The translations under genes were made by a program, and so were the position numbers. From a virus (taxonomy: Duplodnaviria > Caudoviricetes), in the IMG/VR virus record IMGVR_UViG_3300049595_005065: a stretch of 64,000 nucleotides of DNA. One strand, given 5' to 3'. Positions 1 to 9,423 of this stretch are shown in pieces (within the stretch, counting starts at the first letter, position 1; every line of letters starts with the position of its first letter). The notes below the pieces were generated by a model. The model made no database searches, was not told the origin of the DNA, and worked only from the letters and a program-made list of their open reading frames with translations.

Positions 1-1
1 C

Positions 2-613
2 CCGGAAGAGTTTGCCGGGAAACTTGGGAAGGCGCCCGCGGACGCCATTCGCTGCCTGGGCATGGACCTGGGCAGCAACTGCGGCATCGCCATCTACGAC
101 TATATTCCGGGGCAGAAGCTGCTCCAGGACAAGCTCCAGCTCTTCCAGTGGGACCTCTCGACGCAAGGCCTCGAGAGCGGTGCGGCCCGGTTTGTCCGGC
201 TGCGAGCCTTTCTCAACGCCGTGCAGCCCGACGCCGTGGCCTACGAGGACGTGAAGTACTCTCCGCCCAAGGAGTTCTTCATGAATAAGAAATTTGGGAT
301 CCCCGCCGTGCTGGCCCGCGTGGCCACCGCGAGCGAGGTCCTGGGCGGGCTTAAGGTCACTGTGGCGACCTGGGCGCAAGAGCACAACATCCTGTCGAAC
401 GGCTACGCAATTGCCACGATCAAGAAGTTTGCCACGGGCAGCGGCCGGGCCAACAAGGAAGACATGATTGCCGCGGCCAACAAGAAGCTCGGCACCGCCT
501 TCGACCAGTCGAAGTACAAGGCTGACGGCCTGGACAACGTGGCCGACGCCGCGTTCGTGCTGCTCATGCTGCTCCAGACGGTTCGCAACAGCGCGCCGCC
601 CAAACCGAGGTGA
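2..613 (+). CDS. RuvC-like Holliday junction resolvase (5' truncated by window edge)
   Basis: Frame is open from base 2. RNase H-fold acidic motifs: IRCLGMDLG, VAYEDV, IKKFATGSGRANKEDMI, DNVADA. Confidence 0.8.
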   Translation, partial: PEEFAGKLGKAPADAIRCLGMDLGSNCGIAIYDYIPGQKLLQDKLQLFQWDLSTQGLESGAARFVRLRAFLNAVQPDAVAYEDVKYSPPKEFFMNKKFGIPAVLARVATASEVLGGLKVTVATWAQEHNILSNGYAIATIKKFATGSGRANKEDMIAAANKKLGTAFDQSKYKADGLDNVADAAFVLLMLLQTVRNSAPPKPR

Positions 614-1254
614 CCATGGAACGGCCCGATTCGTTTCGTGAAGTCGAGCAGATTACCAACGCCGACGAGATCCGAAAGATCTCCTGCGCCGAGGCGTTGC
701 ACAACGACTCACGCAGTCTGTGGCTGTTCACGCCCGCGTTGATGGTCACGCATGGCGGCTTTGACCGCGACCCGGTGCAGGAGTTCGACGCGCGATTTCC
801 GCTGCCGGACGACTATCGGCCTTTTTGCGTGCAGCTCACGCGCGACAACGAGCGGTTCTTTGACGGCCTGGGCGCGCCCCCGCCGCTCCCAGGGCGTCGC
901 GCAGTGAATTGGGACCAGCGGCTGTACGCAATTGACGAGAAGCACGCCCAGGAGTGCTTTGATTTTCTGGGCGGCGTTGCCTGGTCTGATCCGACGCGGG
1001 GCTACTTCGCCAACACGATGAGTTATGACATGCTCATCCCGGACCCGACATCCAAGACGGGCGCTGTGCTGCCGGTGAAGGTGTTTGGAGTGATTTCCAA
1101 CACGATGATTGCCTACCTGGAAGAACGACCCGGTACCCGGCCACTGGCGCGCTGCGTGCCGATGACGTCTGGTGTGTTGCCCGCCGCGCTACCCCGCAAT
1201 AATCTGCTGCTCGCCGCGCCCAAGGAAGATCCCCTGAACATGCGAGAGGACTGA
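610..1254 (+). CDS. hypothetical protein
   Basis: 214-aa ORF with start/stop overlaps with both neighbours. Confidence 0.7.
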   Translation: MTMERPDSFREVEQITNADEIRKISCAEALHNDSRSLWLFTPALMVTHGGFDRDPVQEFDARFPLPDDYRPFCVQLTRDNERFFDGLGAPPPLPGRRAVNWDQRLYAIDEKHAQECFDFLGGVAWSDPTRGYFANTMSYDMLIPDPTSKTGAVLPVKVFGVISNTMIAYLEERPGTRPLARCVPMTSGVLPAALPRNNLLLAAPKEDPLNMRED

Positions 1255-1706
1255 TGGCTAAAGAAAAGAAGGAAGCGGCCGCCGGTGCAGCCGACGGCGA
1301 AGCTGAAAAGATATCTTTCCATGCGGCCGTATTGAACCACGACGGCACGTATTTCACACAAGAGTTTGAAACCCTGGACGAGCTCGTGGCCTACCTCAAG
1401 GCCCGCGTCAATCAGGACGTCTCCGTGTTCGCGTTTCGCGGGACACGGTTGAAGATCTCCAAGCCCCCGATGCGCCACTTGCTCGTGCCCGGGCAGGAGC
1501 CGATCCCGCTGTTCGAGGCGCCGACGGACTTCGAGGAAGACGAGACGGGTTACCTGGGCGTCGACCCCATCAACCTCGAGGCCCCGCCACAGCTCAAGAT
1601 GCCCGGCGCAGGCCGCGCTCCGGCGCCTGCGGGCGAGGAGTTCTACGAGGATGACGACGGCGGGTTGAACGTTTTTGACTCCGTGCTTCCGGATCCGGAC
1701 AGCTAA
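1254..1706 (+). CDS. hypothetical protein
   Basis: 150-aa ORF, TGATG coupling, acidic C-terminus. Confidence 0.7.
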   Translation: MAKEKKEAAAGAADGEAEKISFHAAVLNHDGTYFTQEFETLDELVAYLKARVNQDVSVFAFRGTRLKISKPPMRHLLVPGQEPIPLFEAPTDFEEDETGYLGVDPINLEAPPQLKMPGAGRAPAPAGEEFYEDDDGGLNVFDSVLPDPDS

Positions 1707-1730
1707 ACCGCGGGCATTTTGCGGGCATAT
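1702..1730 (+). promoter_or_regulatory. putative phage promoter GCTAAA-N16-GGCATAT, copy 1
   Basis: Same bipartite motif and 16-nt spacer at 13196, 21183 and 22024, all at or near gene boundaries. Confidence 0.7.
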
Positions 1731-1809
1731 TAAGTGCCCACTGTGCTTGTGTTAAGCACGGATCCAATTCCGATATCGGGGCGTATGCCCGGAGAGGAGA
1801 CAGCATGCG

Positions 1810-2019
1810 GTGGCTCAATTTTTGACGCACAAAGGAAAGATCGTTCTCGAACAAATCGGCAACGGCGACACTGTGACCGTTCACTATCGAGGACAGCCAA
1901 AACCGGTGGTCGTCACCGGTGAAGATTGGAAGCAGAACAAGCGCTTCCAGCGGTATGACGAGAAGAAGCTGAAACGCCAACAAGCCTACGAGCTGTTCGA
2001 GGCTGGCAAATTGAAGTAA
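1810..2019 (+). CDS. hypothetical protein
   Basis: 69-aa ORF with GAGGAG upstream, downstream of the promoter motif. Confidence 0.65.
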   Translation: MAQFLTHKGKIVLEQIGNGDTVTVHYRGQPKPVVVTGEDWKQNKRFQRYDEKKLKRQQAYELFEAGKLK

Positions 2020-2043
2020 CTCTCCCTACGAAGGAGCATAGGT

Positions 2044-3225
2044 ATGCAGACGCAGAACGAATCCAACGAGTTGCAGGCCCTCACCGAGCGCCATGTCCAG
2101 TTGCTTGAGGCGCTGGCCCCCGTGCAGCGCAACGTCCGCGGCATTGCCGTGACCAGCTGGCTGGCGGGCAAGTACCAGAAGTTCGGGGGACTGCGGTCGA
2201 TCCGCCTCCACGATCGGTACCGCAATCCCGTGGCCCGTCCGATCGGCCTGTCGCTGGAAGCCATGTCTGATGGTAGCCTGTCGTTCTCCGGCGCCATCTC
2301 GCGGCCCCGGAACGGCCGGATGCGCTACGACGTCATCTTCCGCTACGACCTGACCCGGCCGATGGTCGAGCACGCGCTGGGCGCCACGCTGCCGACGAAC
2401 AACGTCGTGCTTGCGCGGCGGGCGCTGGGGCTGCTCGAGAAGCTGCTGCGCTACGGCGAGCTCTCGCGGCGGCATCCCCGGCGTGCCCGGACGGAAGTCT
2501 TCCGGCACCCGCAGCTGATGATCCCGTTTGCGCCGGGTTGTGAGCAGGTCGACGAGGAAAAGCTGCTCGCCCTCACCGAGGGGATGCGGCCGGATCTCGT
2601 CCAGGCTTACGCCGAGCGGCTCCGGGCGGACCTGATCGACCGGACGAGTCAGCCGAGCGTGGTTCTGGTGAATGCGGCGATTGCGCCCGACACCGCGATC
2701 ATGGCGGCGGTTGACCGGAAAGTCGCGCTGGAGGACTACACCCCGGTGCTCGGCGTACCCACCGACAACCCGGTGGTGCCGCTGACCAACCCGGCGGCGC
2801 AGCTCCTCGAGAAGCACGACATCTCCAATGTGGCCGCGCTGCCGCAGGAGAAGGTCGATGCGCTGGTGGCCGAGTTTCGCGCCGCGGCTTTCCTGGGTGA
2901 CAAGCTCACCCTGGAAGAGGTCTACGACGCGCTGCTCAACCCGGAGGCTGCGGCCCTCGGCGAGAGCGGGTTCGGCGACACGCCCGAGTCGGTGATCGTG
3001 CAGGCCATGCGCAAGGCGGCCCGAAACCGCGTGGCGCAGGAGGCGACCCACGAGGACCTGATCCGGGCCGCCCGGTATCCGCGGCAGCCGCTGGTCCTGT
3101 CTCGCCTTGCGGTGACCCAGGTCGTGGCGGTCGAGGACATCCAGCTTCCGGATCCGTACGTCGGCTACTTCCTGCCGCCGCTCGACTGGGAGCCCCCTCG
3201 GAAGGCCGCGCGCTACGCGGCGTGA
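2044..3225 (+). CDS. hypothetical protein
   Basis: 393-aa ORF with an AAGGAG RBS. Confidence 0.8.
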   Translation: MQTQNESNELQALTERHVQLLEALAPVQRNVRGIAVTSWLAGKYQKFGGLRSIRLHDRYRNPVARPIGLSLEAMSDGSLSFSGAISRPRNGRMRYDVIFRYDLTRPMVEHALGATLPTNNVVLARRALGLLEKLLRYGELSRRHPRRARTEVFRHPQLMIPFAPGCEQVDEEKLLALTEGMRPDLVQAYAERLRADLIDRTSQPSVVLVNAAIAPDTAIMAAVDRKVALEDYTPVLGVPTDNPVVPLTNPAAQLLEKHDISNVAALPQEKVDALVAEFRAAAFLGDKLTLEEVYDALLNPEAAALGESGFGDTPESVIVQAMRKAARNRVAQEATHEDLIRAARYPRQPLVLSRLAVTQVVAVEDIQLPDPYVGYFLPPLDWEPPRKAARYAA

Positions 3226-3228
3226 CCC

Positions 3229-3513
3229 ATGCGCTACCAGCTCAGACCCCCAGGCGACACGTTACGGTGGCTGTTTGCCCAAGACGGCCAGCCGCACGTA
3301 TTGCCGTTTCTCCCCGCGGAGGAAAACCGGAGTCTGGTCTGCGCGCAGCTGATCGGTGGTGAAGTTCTCGCTGAGGTTGTTCTCTCCGGAGAGCACCTCA
3401 CAGAAGTCTGTGGTCCGGGTTTTCCTCTGGGCCGACTGTATTTCCAGATTTCCAAATCTGCGCTATACAGTGTGTGTCCGGAGTTAACCCCGGCTACCTT
3501 CGGGGAGAGCTAG
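3229..3513 (+). CDS. hypothetical protein
   Basis: 94-aa ORF in operon context. Confidence 0.6.
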   Translation: MRYQLRPPGDTLRWLFAQDGQPHVLPFLPAEENRSLVCAQLIGGEVLAEVVLSGEHLTEVCGPGFPLGRLYFQISKSALYSVCPELTPATFGES

Positions 3514-3517
3514 GTTC

Positions 3518-3559
3518 GGGGCGTCAAGCCCCGGGCTGACGCTCTTCTTTAGCTATCAG
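3518..3559 (+). promoter_or_regulatory. GC hairpin + pyrimidine run + TTAGCTATCAG element
   Basis: CGGGGC/GCCCCG stem followed by TTAGCTATCAG at 3549-3559. The same architecture recurs at about 20609, 22007, 22490 and 26879 (minus strand). Confidence 0.5.
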
Positions 3560-3566
3560 GGCTTTT

Positions 3567-4529
3567 ATGAGCACGGCACAATACGCCGACCCGTCTCAAG
3601 TGCGCATGGAAAACGGCCGTTCTCTGGCCGACCTGATGCGCCGCGGGCCCGGCGGTTTAAGAGGTGTTGTTGTGGCCAAGTCGACGCCCGGTGGTTTGCC
3701 GGTCAACTACAACCCTCACGACCGCAGCCACCTCGAGGTCCACGTTGAGCCCGAGGGCGGCAACGCCGTGCTGACCATGGACCGGGTCACCTCTGAAGCC
3801 GTGGCGCAGGCGCTGGCCGTGGCAAACCAGGCTGTACAGGGAAACGACATTGATTCCATCCGGGAGCGCGCTGCCTTGGCATTCGAAGAACTGGCAAAGA
3901 TATCTAAGTCGGGCGTGAAGCGGGTGCCGGTCAAGAAAACGGCCGCGACCCCTCCGCCGCGCGAGTTCCGCGACGATGCCCCCGAAGTTACCGAGGAGCG
4001 CGAGATGCTCGAGGAGCTGGAGCAGGAGGTCGAAGCGCTGCGCAGTTTCGAGCAGCCCTTTCCGCGCCCCGCCGCTCCGCCCATCGAGAAGATCGACCGC
4101 GGCTACAGCCCCATGGCCGCTTTTGGCCTGAAGAAAGGTCCCATGGCTACGACCAGCGCGCCCGTTGTCGCCAAAAGTTCCACCAGCGGTCCGCCCCAGA
4201 AGCTCGTTTATTTCGAGAAGGAGGGCATCGGTACGGTTCCGGCCTTTTTCCACGACGTGCTCATTCACGTGGCGAGGCCCGAGCCGGACAGCCCCGAGGA
4301 ATCGGGATTTATCGTGCTGGTGTACGACGTGCGTTTTGAACAGTCGGCTGCCCGCTGGTTTCCGCCCAGTAACGATCCGTACGCGCGCCCTTGGGCCGCC
4401 AAGGTGAGCGACGACAACCGGCTGTATCTTGTTCATACCACGGGATTTCAGTACATTTACGATTCGCGGGAGTACTGTGTCCTGCGCGTGGAAAAAGCAC
4501 TCTGGGCGCCGGAAGGATCCGACGAATGA
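3567..4529 (+). CDS. hypothetical protein
   Basis: 320-aa ORF with a Pro/Glu-rich central linker. Confidence 0.8.
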   Translation: MSTAQYADPSQVRMENGRSLADLMRRGPGGLRGVVVAKSTPGGLPVNYNPHDRSHLEVHVEPEGGNAVLTMDRVTSEAVAQALAVANQAVQGNDIDSIRERAALAFEELAKISKSGVKRVPVKKTAATPPPREFRDDAPEVTEEREMLEELEQEVEALRSFEQPFPRPAAPPIEKIDRGYSPMAAFGLKKGPMATTSAPVVAKSSTSGPPQKLVYFEKEGIGTVPAFFHDVLIHVARPEPDSPEESGFIVLVYDVRFEQSAARWFPPSNDPYARPWAAKVSDDNRLYLVHTTGFQYIYDSREYCVLRVEKALWAPEGSDE

Positions 4530-4711
4530 TGGAAAAGCAAGGAATCGTTGCGCCCCACGTAACCCCCGCCGAGGACGGTGATACGGCTAAAACCGCGGCG
4601 CAAATCAAGCGCTCGTGTGAAACTCCCGAGGCCGAACTCCAGGCCATCCGCGAGCTGGATGGCGATTTCCGCAAGGCTGCGGCCGAGGCGACCAAGAAGT
4701 CGCTTCGTTAA
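4526..4711 (+). CDS. small hypothetical protein
   Basis: ATGA overlap with the previous stop; 61 aa. Confidence 0.55.
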   Translation: MMEKQGIVAPHVTPAEDGDTAKTAAQIKRSCETPEAELQAIRELDGDFRKAAAEATKKSLR

Positions 4712-4732
4712 CCTCAAGGACGAGGCGCTATT

Positions 4733-6667
4733 GTGATCACCCCCTCTGGCTCCGCCGGATTCGGCAATCTCGGTCGTGGCGCGCTGGCTGACGAGCGCTT
4801 TCCCGACCCGTTCTGCGACGTCGCCAGCCTGTCGATGCCCGAGAGCATCCAGGTCGCGCTGCGGTGGTGCGAATACATCATGAACGCCAACGGTGTCTAC
4901 CGGCAGGCGATCGACCGGGTGATCTCGTATTTCATCACCGACGTCGAGGTCGGGGATCTCGGCGAAAACACGATTGGCCGGGAAGAGAAAGAAAAGTACC
5001 GGGTGTTCATCGAGGAGACTTTGGGCATCAAGACGGTTCTCAAGGCCGTGGCGATGGACATGCTCACCTACGGGAACAGTTTCACCAGCCTAATCGTCCC
5101 GTTCCGCCGGTATCTCGCCTGCAAAAAGTGCGGCTTCGAGGCGCCGCTCAAGAAAGTCCACAGCTCACCGGCGTTCAACTTCAAGTGGGAAGAGTTCGAC
5201 TTCCACGCCACCTGCCCGAACTGCAAGTATTCGGGCAAGTTCAACCACATCGACCGTCGCGGCGGCAACGACGACGCCATCAAGGTCAAGCGCTGGAGCC
5301 CCCACGAGATCGACATTCTCTGGGACCCGTACTCCGAGGAATGCACCTACATCTGGAAGATCCCGGAGGACTACCGGAACCTGATCAAGGCCGGGCACCT
5401 GCACCACCTGGAGCATGCAAGCTGGGAGGTGATCCAGGCGATCAAGGACGGCAAGAACCTGATGTTCGACAAGGACGTCGTGTTCCATCTCCACGAGTAT
5501 GCGCTGGCTGGCATGCGCAACCGGGGTTGGGGCATTTCACGGATTCTTGTGAATTTCCGTCAGGCCTGGTACTTCCAGATTCTCCAGCGCTACAACGAGG
5601 CCATCGCGCTGGATTACGTCGTGCCTTTTCGCGTGATCACGCCCGGGCAGCGTAGCGGCGACCCAGCTTCCGGCGACCCGGTTCACACAATCAACCTCTC
5701 CAGCTTCGCCTCGCGCGTCCAGGCGATGCTCCGTGCACGCCGCGTCGACCCGGCCCGTTGGAACGTGCTCCCTTTCCCGGTCGAGTACCAGGCCCTGGGC
5801 GGCGATGCCAGCCAGCTCGCCCCCAAGGACCTTATCCAGCAGGCGATGGACACGCTCATGCAGTGCATCGGCATGCCGGTGGAGCTCATGAACGGCACGC
5901 TCAGCTTCCAGGCGGCTCCGGCGGCCCTGCGCCTGTTTGAGGCCAACTGGAGCCACCTGCCGCACAACCTGAACATTTTCTTGCGCAACCTAAGCCAGGT
6001 CCTCTCACGCGTTCAGTCATGGGAGCCGGTCTCGATCAAGTTGCAGCGGGTCACCCACGCCGACGACCTCAACCGCCAGATGGCCAAGCTCCAGCTTATG
6101 CAGGGCCAGATGGTCTCCAAGACCACGGGCCTCAAGAGCGTGGGCCTGGACTACGAGGAAGAGATCAAGCAGCAGCTCGAAGAGGAGCGGATCTACGCCG
6201 AGGCGCAGTCTCGCATGCAAAAAGAGATGGAGCAGGCCCAGAGCATGCAAGACCTGGCCACGCAGGCCGAGATGCTGCAGGGCGCGGGAAATCCCGGCGC
6301 GGGCGCCACCGGCATGCCGCCTGGCGCCGATCCTGCAACGGCGGGTGCAGCCCCTGGCGCGGCTCCCGGCATGGCCCCTGGCATGGGCGGCAGCCCGGTC
6401 GACCAGTTCATGCTGCAGCGGCAGAATTCGCCGAACATTCCGCGCACCCCCGAGGACATGCAGGCTCAGGCGCAGCTCCTGGCGCAGCAGATCCTCCAAC
6501 TTCCGGAAGCTCAGAAGGATTCGGAGCTAATCAAGCTCAAGCGATCCGACCCGACGACGCACGCGCTGGTGTCGAGCATCATCGACGATATCCGCCAGCA
6601 GGCGAAGACCCAGGGCGGCGCCATGCTGATGGCGCAGCAGTTTGGGCAGGGTCAGCCTCCTGGGTAA
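4733..6667 (+). CDS. portal protein (putative) with Zn-ribbon insertion and Q/G/P-rich tail
   Basis: Portal-like segments VYRQAIDRVISY, MLTYGNSF, VFHL...RGWGISRI. CxxC pairs CKKC and CPNC. 644 aa. Confidence 0.65.
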   Translation: MITPSGSAGFGNLGRGALADERFPDPFCDVASLSMPESIQVALRWCEYIMNANGVYRQAIDRVISYFITDVEVGDLGENTIGREEKEKYRVFIEETLGIKTVLKAVAMDMLTYGNSFTSLIVPFRRYLACKKCGFEAPLKKVHSSPAFNFKWEEFDFHATCPNCKYSGKFNHIDRRGGNDDAIKVKRWSPHEIDILWDPYSEECTYIWKIPEDYRNLIKAGHLHHLEHASWEVIQAIKDGKNLMFDKDVVFHLHEYALAGMRNRGWGISRILVNFRQAWYFQILQRYNEAIALDYVVPFRVITPGQRSGDPASGDPVHTINLSSFASRVQAMLRARRVDPARWNVLPFPVEYQALGGDASQLAPKDLIQQAMDTLMQCIGMPVELMNGTLSFQAAPAALRLFEANWSHLPHNLNIFLRNLSQVLSRVQSWEPVSIKLQRVTHADDLNRQMAKLQLMQGQMVSKTTGLKSVGLDYEEEIKQQLEEERIYAEAQSRMQKEMEQAQSMQDLATQAEMLQGAGNPGAGATGMPPGADPATAGAAPGAAPGMAPGMGGSPVDQFMLQRQNSPNIPRTPEDMQAQAQLLAQQILQLPEAQKDSELIKLKRSDPTTHALVSSIIDDIRQQAKTQGGAMLMAQQFGQGQPPG

Positions 6668-6673
6668 CTCCTG

Positions 6674-7714
6674 ATGTGTGTTGGGATCTACACCCACTAC
6701 GCACACTGCGACCAGGCTTACCTTGCGGTGCGCCTTGTCTCGCTGTTGCGCACACTTGGCGAGCCCTTTGATATCTATTCGGACAACTCGCCCGGCAAGC
6801 TCAAGCTTCCCTACGACCGCTCGGTGAAGCACCGCGGGGTTGTCAAATACACCGACTGGGTCAAGAAGCGCCGCGCGGTGATCTGGACGCACGTGCCGCG
6901 GGTCGAGCAGATCGACTACGCCGCCCGTCGCGGTATTAAGACAATCGTGGTGCCCATGTGGCAGGAGATGCAACCGCCCTACAAAAAAGCGCTCAAGCAC
7001 GCCGACCACGTGATTGCCATGTTGAGCGAGTGCCGTGATTTGTTCATGGATGTGCACAAGCTCAATCATGTCTCGCTGATTCCGTTTGACACCGGGTTGC
7101 CAATAACCCGTAAGACCGAGTCGGTTAATCCCCGCAAGATTAGGCTGTTTCTGCCGTGGTTTGACCGGAACGCCCGATGTTCGTCAGGCCAATTTCTGGG
7201 CATGCTTGGTTACATCATTGAGCGCATGGAAGAGCCGCACCTCACGGTGGCCGTTAATTCAAGCCGGTTTGGTCCATCAGCCGCCAAATTTTTTCAGCGC
7301 CTAGGGGACCGCGTGAAGGGTCGTGTGACTCTAGTGCGCAACATTGCGCTGGTGCGGCGCTTTAACCTCTACACAAACGCTGATTTGACGATTTGGCCCG
7401 GGGAATGCGACAACTACGGCCTATGCGGGCTTTCCAGCCTGGCCGCAGGAACGCCCGTGCTCAGCCTGGCCCTTTCGCCCCAGACCGACTACCTCTACCA
7501 GGACGTCAACTCGGCCCTAGTCAAAACACGGGTCGATTACGATGATAATGGCGTTCCGCACGCGGTGCCGAACTACGAAAAGTTTGCCGCGGCGCTCCAG
7601 GAGCTGATTGCCGAACCGCGCCACATTAATTTGATGCAGAAGAAAGTGTCGTATAACCTGCCGTCGCGCAAGGAGGCGTTCGAGGGCGGGTGGCGCAAGC
7701 TTCTGGGTCTTTAA
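6674..7714 (+). CDS. GT-B fold glycosyltransferase-like protein
   Basis: C-terminal ADLTIWP...NYGLCGLSSLAAGTPVL resembles the GT4 E-x7-E region; ADHVIA in the N-lobe. Confidence 0.65.
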   Translation: MCVGIYTHYAHCDQAYLAVRLVSLLRTLGEPFDIYSDNSPGKLKLPYDRSVKHRGVVKYTDWVKKRRAVIWTHVPRVEQIDYAARRGIKTIVVPMWQEMQPPYKKALKHADHVIAMLSECRDLFMDVHKLNHVSLIPFDTGLPITRKTESVNPRKIRLFLPWFDRNARCSSGQFLGMLGYIIERMEEPHLTVAVNSSRFGPSAAKFFQRLGDRVKGRVTLVRNIALVRRFNLYTNADLTIWPGECDNYGLCGLSSLAAGTPVLSLALSPQTDYLYQDVNSALVKTRVDYDDNGVPHAVPNYEKFAAALQELIAEPRHINLMQKKVSYNLPSRKEAFEGGWRKLLGL

Positions 7715-7736
7715 CGAGCAGGCACAGGGAGGTGCC

Positions 7737-8474
7737 ATGAACGTCGATTTGCCAATTCAGGAAACCGTCGCTTTTGCCCGGGAGCATTACCAGGACAAAG
7801 CCTCAGTTTACGAAAAGACACTGCTGGATCATTCTCTTTCCGTGGCGCGCATGGCCGAAAAAATCGCAATTAAGCTCTACAGCGACGTGCGCAAGGACCT
7901 GATTTCTGACGAGACCCAAGAAAGCGTGGCAGTCATCGTGCACAGCGCCGTGCTCCACGACCTGATCAACGTCAGCCGCTGCGCCTTTGAGCAGATCGCC
8001 GAGCGCACCACCGTGCAGGTCGCCGCCACAGTGGCCGACCTGAGCCGGGACTTCCGCCTGGTCGAGACAAAGCGCGACATGGAATACCGGGGGCGGCTCA
8101 GCCAGAGCGGCGTCAAGGCGCAGATCGTGGCCACGGCCGACATCATCTGCACCACGATGGAAGTGCTCAAAATGCTCAAGGGGGAAGGCGTGACAGCCGT
8201 GCCCCGGGCCCGTAAGATTCTGATGCAGCTGGATGGGGACCTGCTGGCTATTACCGCCGCGTCGCGCTTCTACCAGCTGCGGCTTTACACGCACGCGGCC
8301 CGAAATCACTTGCATGATGCCAGCCAACTGATAAAAGAGTGCAAAGCCGAGGCACGCGCTGCGCGCCAGTTTGCCAGCACCTCGGCCCGCATCGCTGCCA
8401 AGCGCAGCGCCGAAGAGAAACCCGCGAAGGAGAAGCCCAGTGCCAAAAAGCGAACTCGTCGACGAGATCCGTGA
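7737..8474 (+). CDS. HD-domain protein, RelA/SpoT hydrolase (Mesh1/SAH)-like, degenerate
   Basis: LDHSLSVA, SAVLHDLIN, VAATVADLS and AQIVATAD align by eye with the SpoT HD motifs. Confidence 0.6.
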   Translation: MNVDLPIQETVAFAREHYQDKASVYEKTLLDHSLSVARMAEKIAIKLYSDVRKDLISDETQESVAVIVHSAVLHDLINVSRCAFEQIAERTTVQVAATVADLSRDFRLVETKRDMEYRGRLSQSGVKAQIVATADIICTTMEVLKMLKGEGVTAVPRARKILMQLDGDLLAITAASRFYQLRLYTHAARNHLHDASQLIKECKAEARAARQFASTSARIAAKRSAEEKPAKEKPSAKKRTRRRDP

Positions 8475-8760
8475 AGACTTCATCAAGGCGCATCCGGACA
8501 CGGTTGCGCAGACGTTTAGCATCAACTACTTCTGCGCCTTCGTGATCGACTGGCTGGCCAAGCAGGGTATTCAGGGCATGGGCATGCAGGCCTCGGGCCT
8601 GGCTCTGCGATTGGCCGACGGGCGGCAGCTCGGGCTGATTGACACGGACAGCGCACCGATCACGGCCGACACGCCCTCGGTCGGCATCAACGCCATGCAC
8701 CGGGAAGACCCGCGCAGGATCTTGGGCGACTCGCCCAGCTTTGGCATCACTGGCCGATAG
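8440..8760 (+). CDS. hypothetical protein
   Basis: GTG start at 8440 preceded by AAGGAG, overlapping the end of the HD gene. Confidence 0.55.
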   Translation: MPKSELVDEIREDFIKAHPDTVAQTFSINYFCAFVIDWLAKQGIQGMGMQASGLALRLADGRQLGLIDTDSAPITADTPSVGINAMHREDPRRILGDSPSFGITGR

Positions 8761-8790
8761 ATATCTATTCACTTCCAACAAGGAGCCGCT

Positions 8791-9408
8791 GTGTTCGTCG
8801 TGTTCGAGGGAATCGACGGGGCTGGGAAAACCACCCAGGCCCGCATGTTGTACGAGCGCCTCAAGAGCGAGGGCGCGAAGGTCGAGCAGGTGGCCGACCC
8901 CGGCACGACCCAGATCGGCACGGCCATCCGGCAGATCCTGCTGCACAACGACGCGCCGATCAGCAATGCGGCCCAGATGCTCCTGTTCAGCGCCGCCCGG
9001 GCCGAGCTGGCGAACTACATCCGGGAGAAGCTCGCCGATAATTTCACAGTAATCTGTGATAGGTGGCTCCTCTCGACGCTCGTCTACCAGGGCGAGCTCA
9101 ACGGCATCGACCCGGAGTTCATCCTGAACGTCTTCCGGGAGACCTCCCACCTGATACCGGACATCTGCGTCCTCTTGGACATGCCAAGCGAGAACTCCGC
9201 CTTGCGCATCGGGAAGGGGCGCGACCGGTATGAACGGATCGACGCTGAGACCCGAACACGCATACGCCGGGCGTACATTCATCACTCCGGCAAGCGAGAG
9301 ATCTGCGAGCGGTTTTTCATGCTCGACGCCCTGCTGCTTCCCGACGAGGTCCATAAGCTCGTCTACAACGCGTATCAGTCCCGCAAATCGTCACCAGTCG
9401 CTGTCTAA
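8791..9408 (+). CDS. tmk: thymidylate kinase
   Basis: FVVFEGIDGAGKTTQ P-loop, LLFSAAR, ICDRW..S..VYQG. Confidence 0.95.
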   Translation: MFVVFEGIDGAGKTTQARMLYERLKSEGAKVEQVADPGTTQIGTAIRQILLHNDAPISNAAQMLLFSAARAELANYIREKLADNFTVICDRWLLSTLVYQGELNGIDPEFILNVFRETSHLIPDICVLLDMPSENSALRIGKGRDRYERIDAETRTRIRRAYIHHSGKREICERFFMLDALLLPDEVHKLVYNAYQSRKSSPVAV

Positions 9409-9423
9409 ATAGGGAGCACAAAC

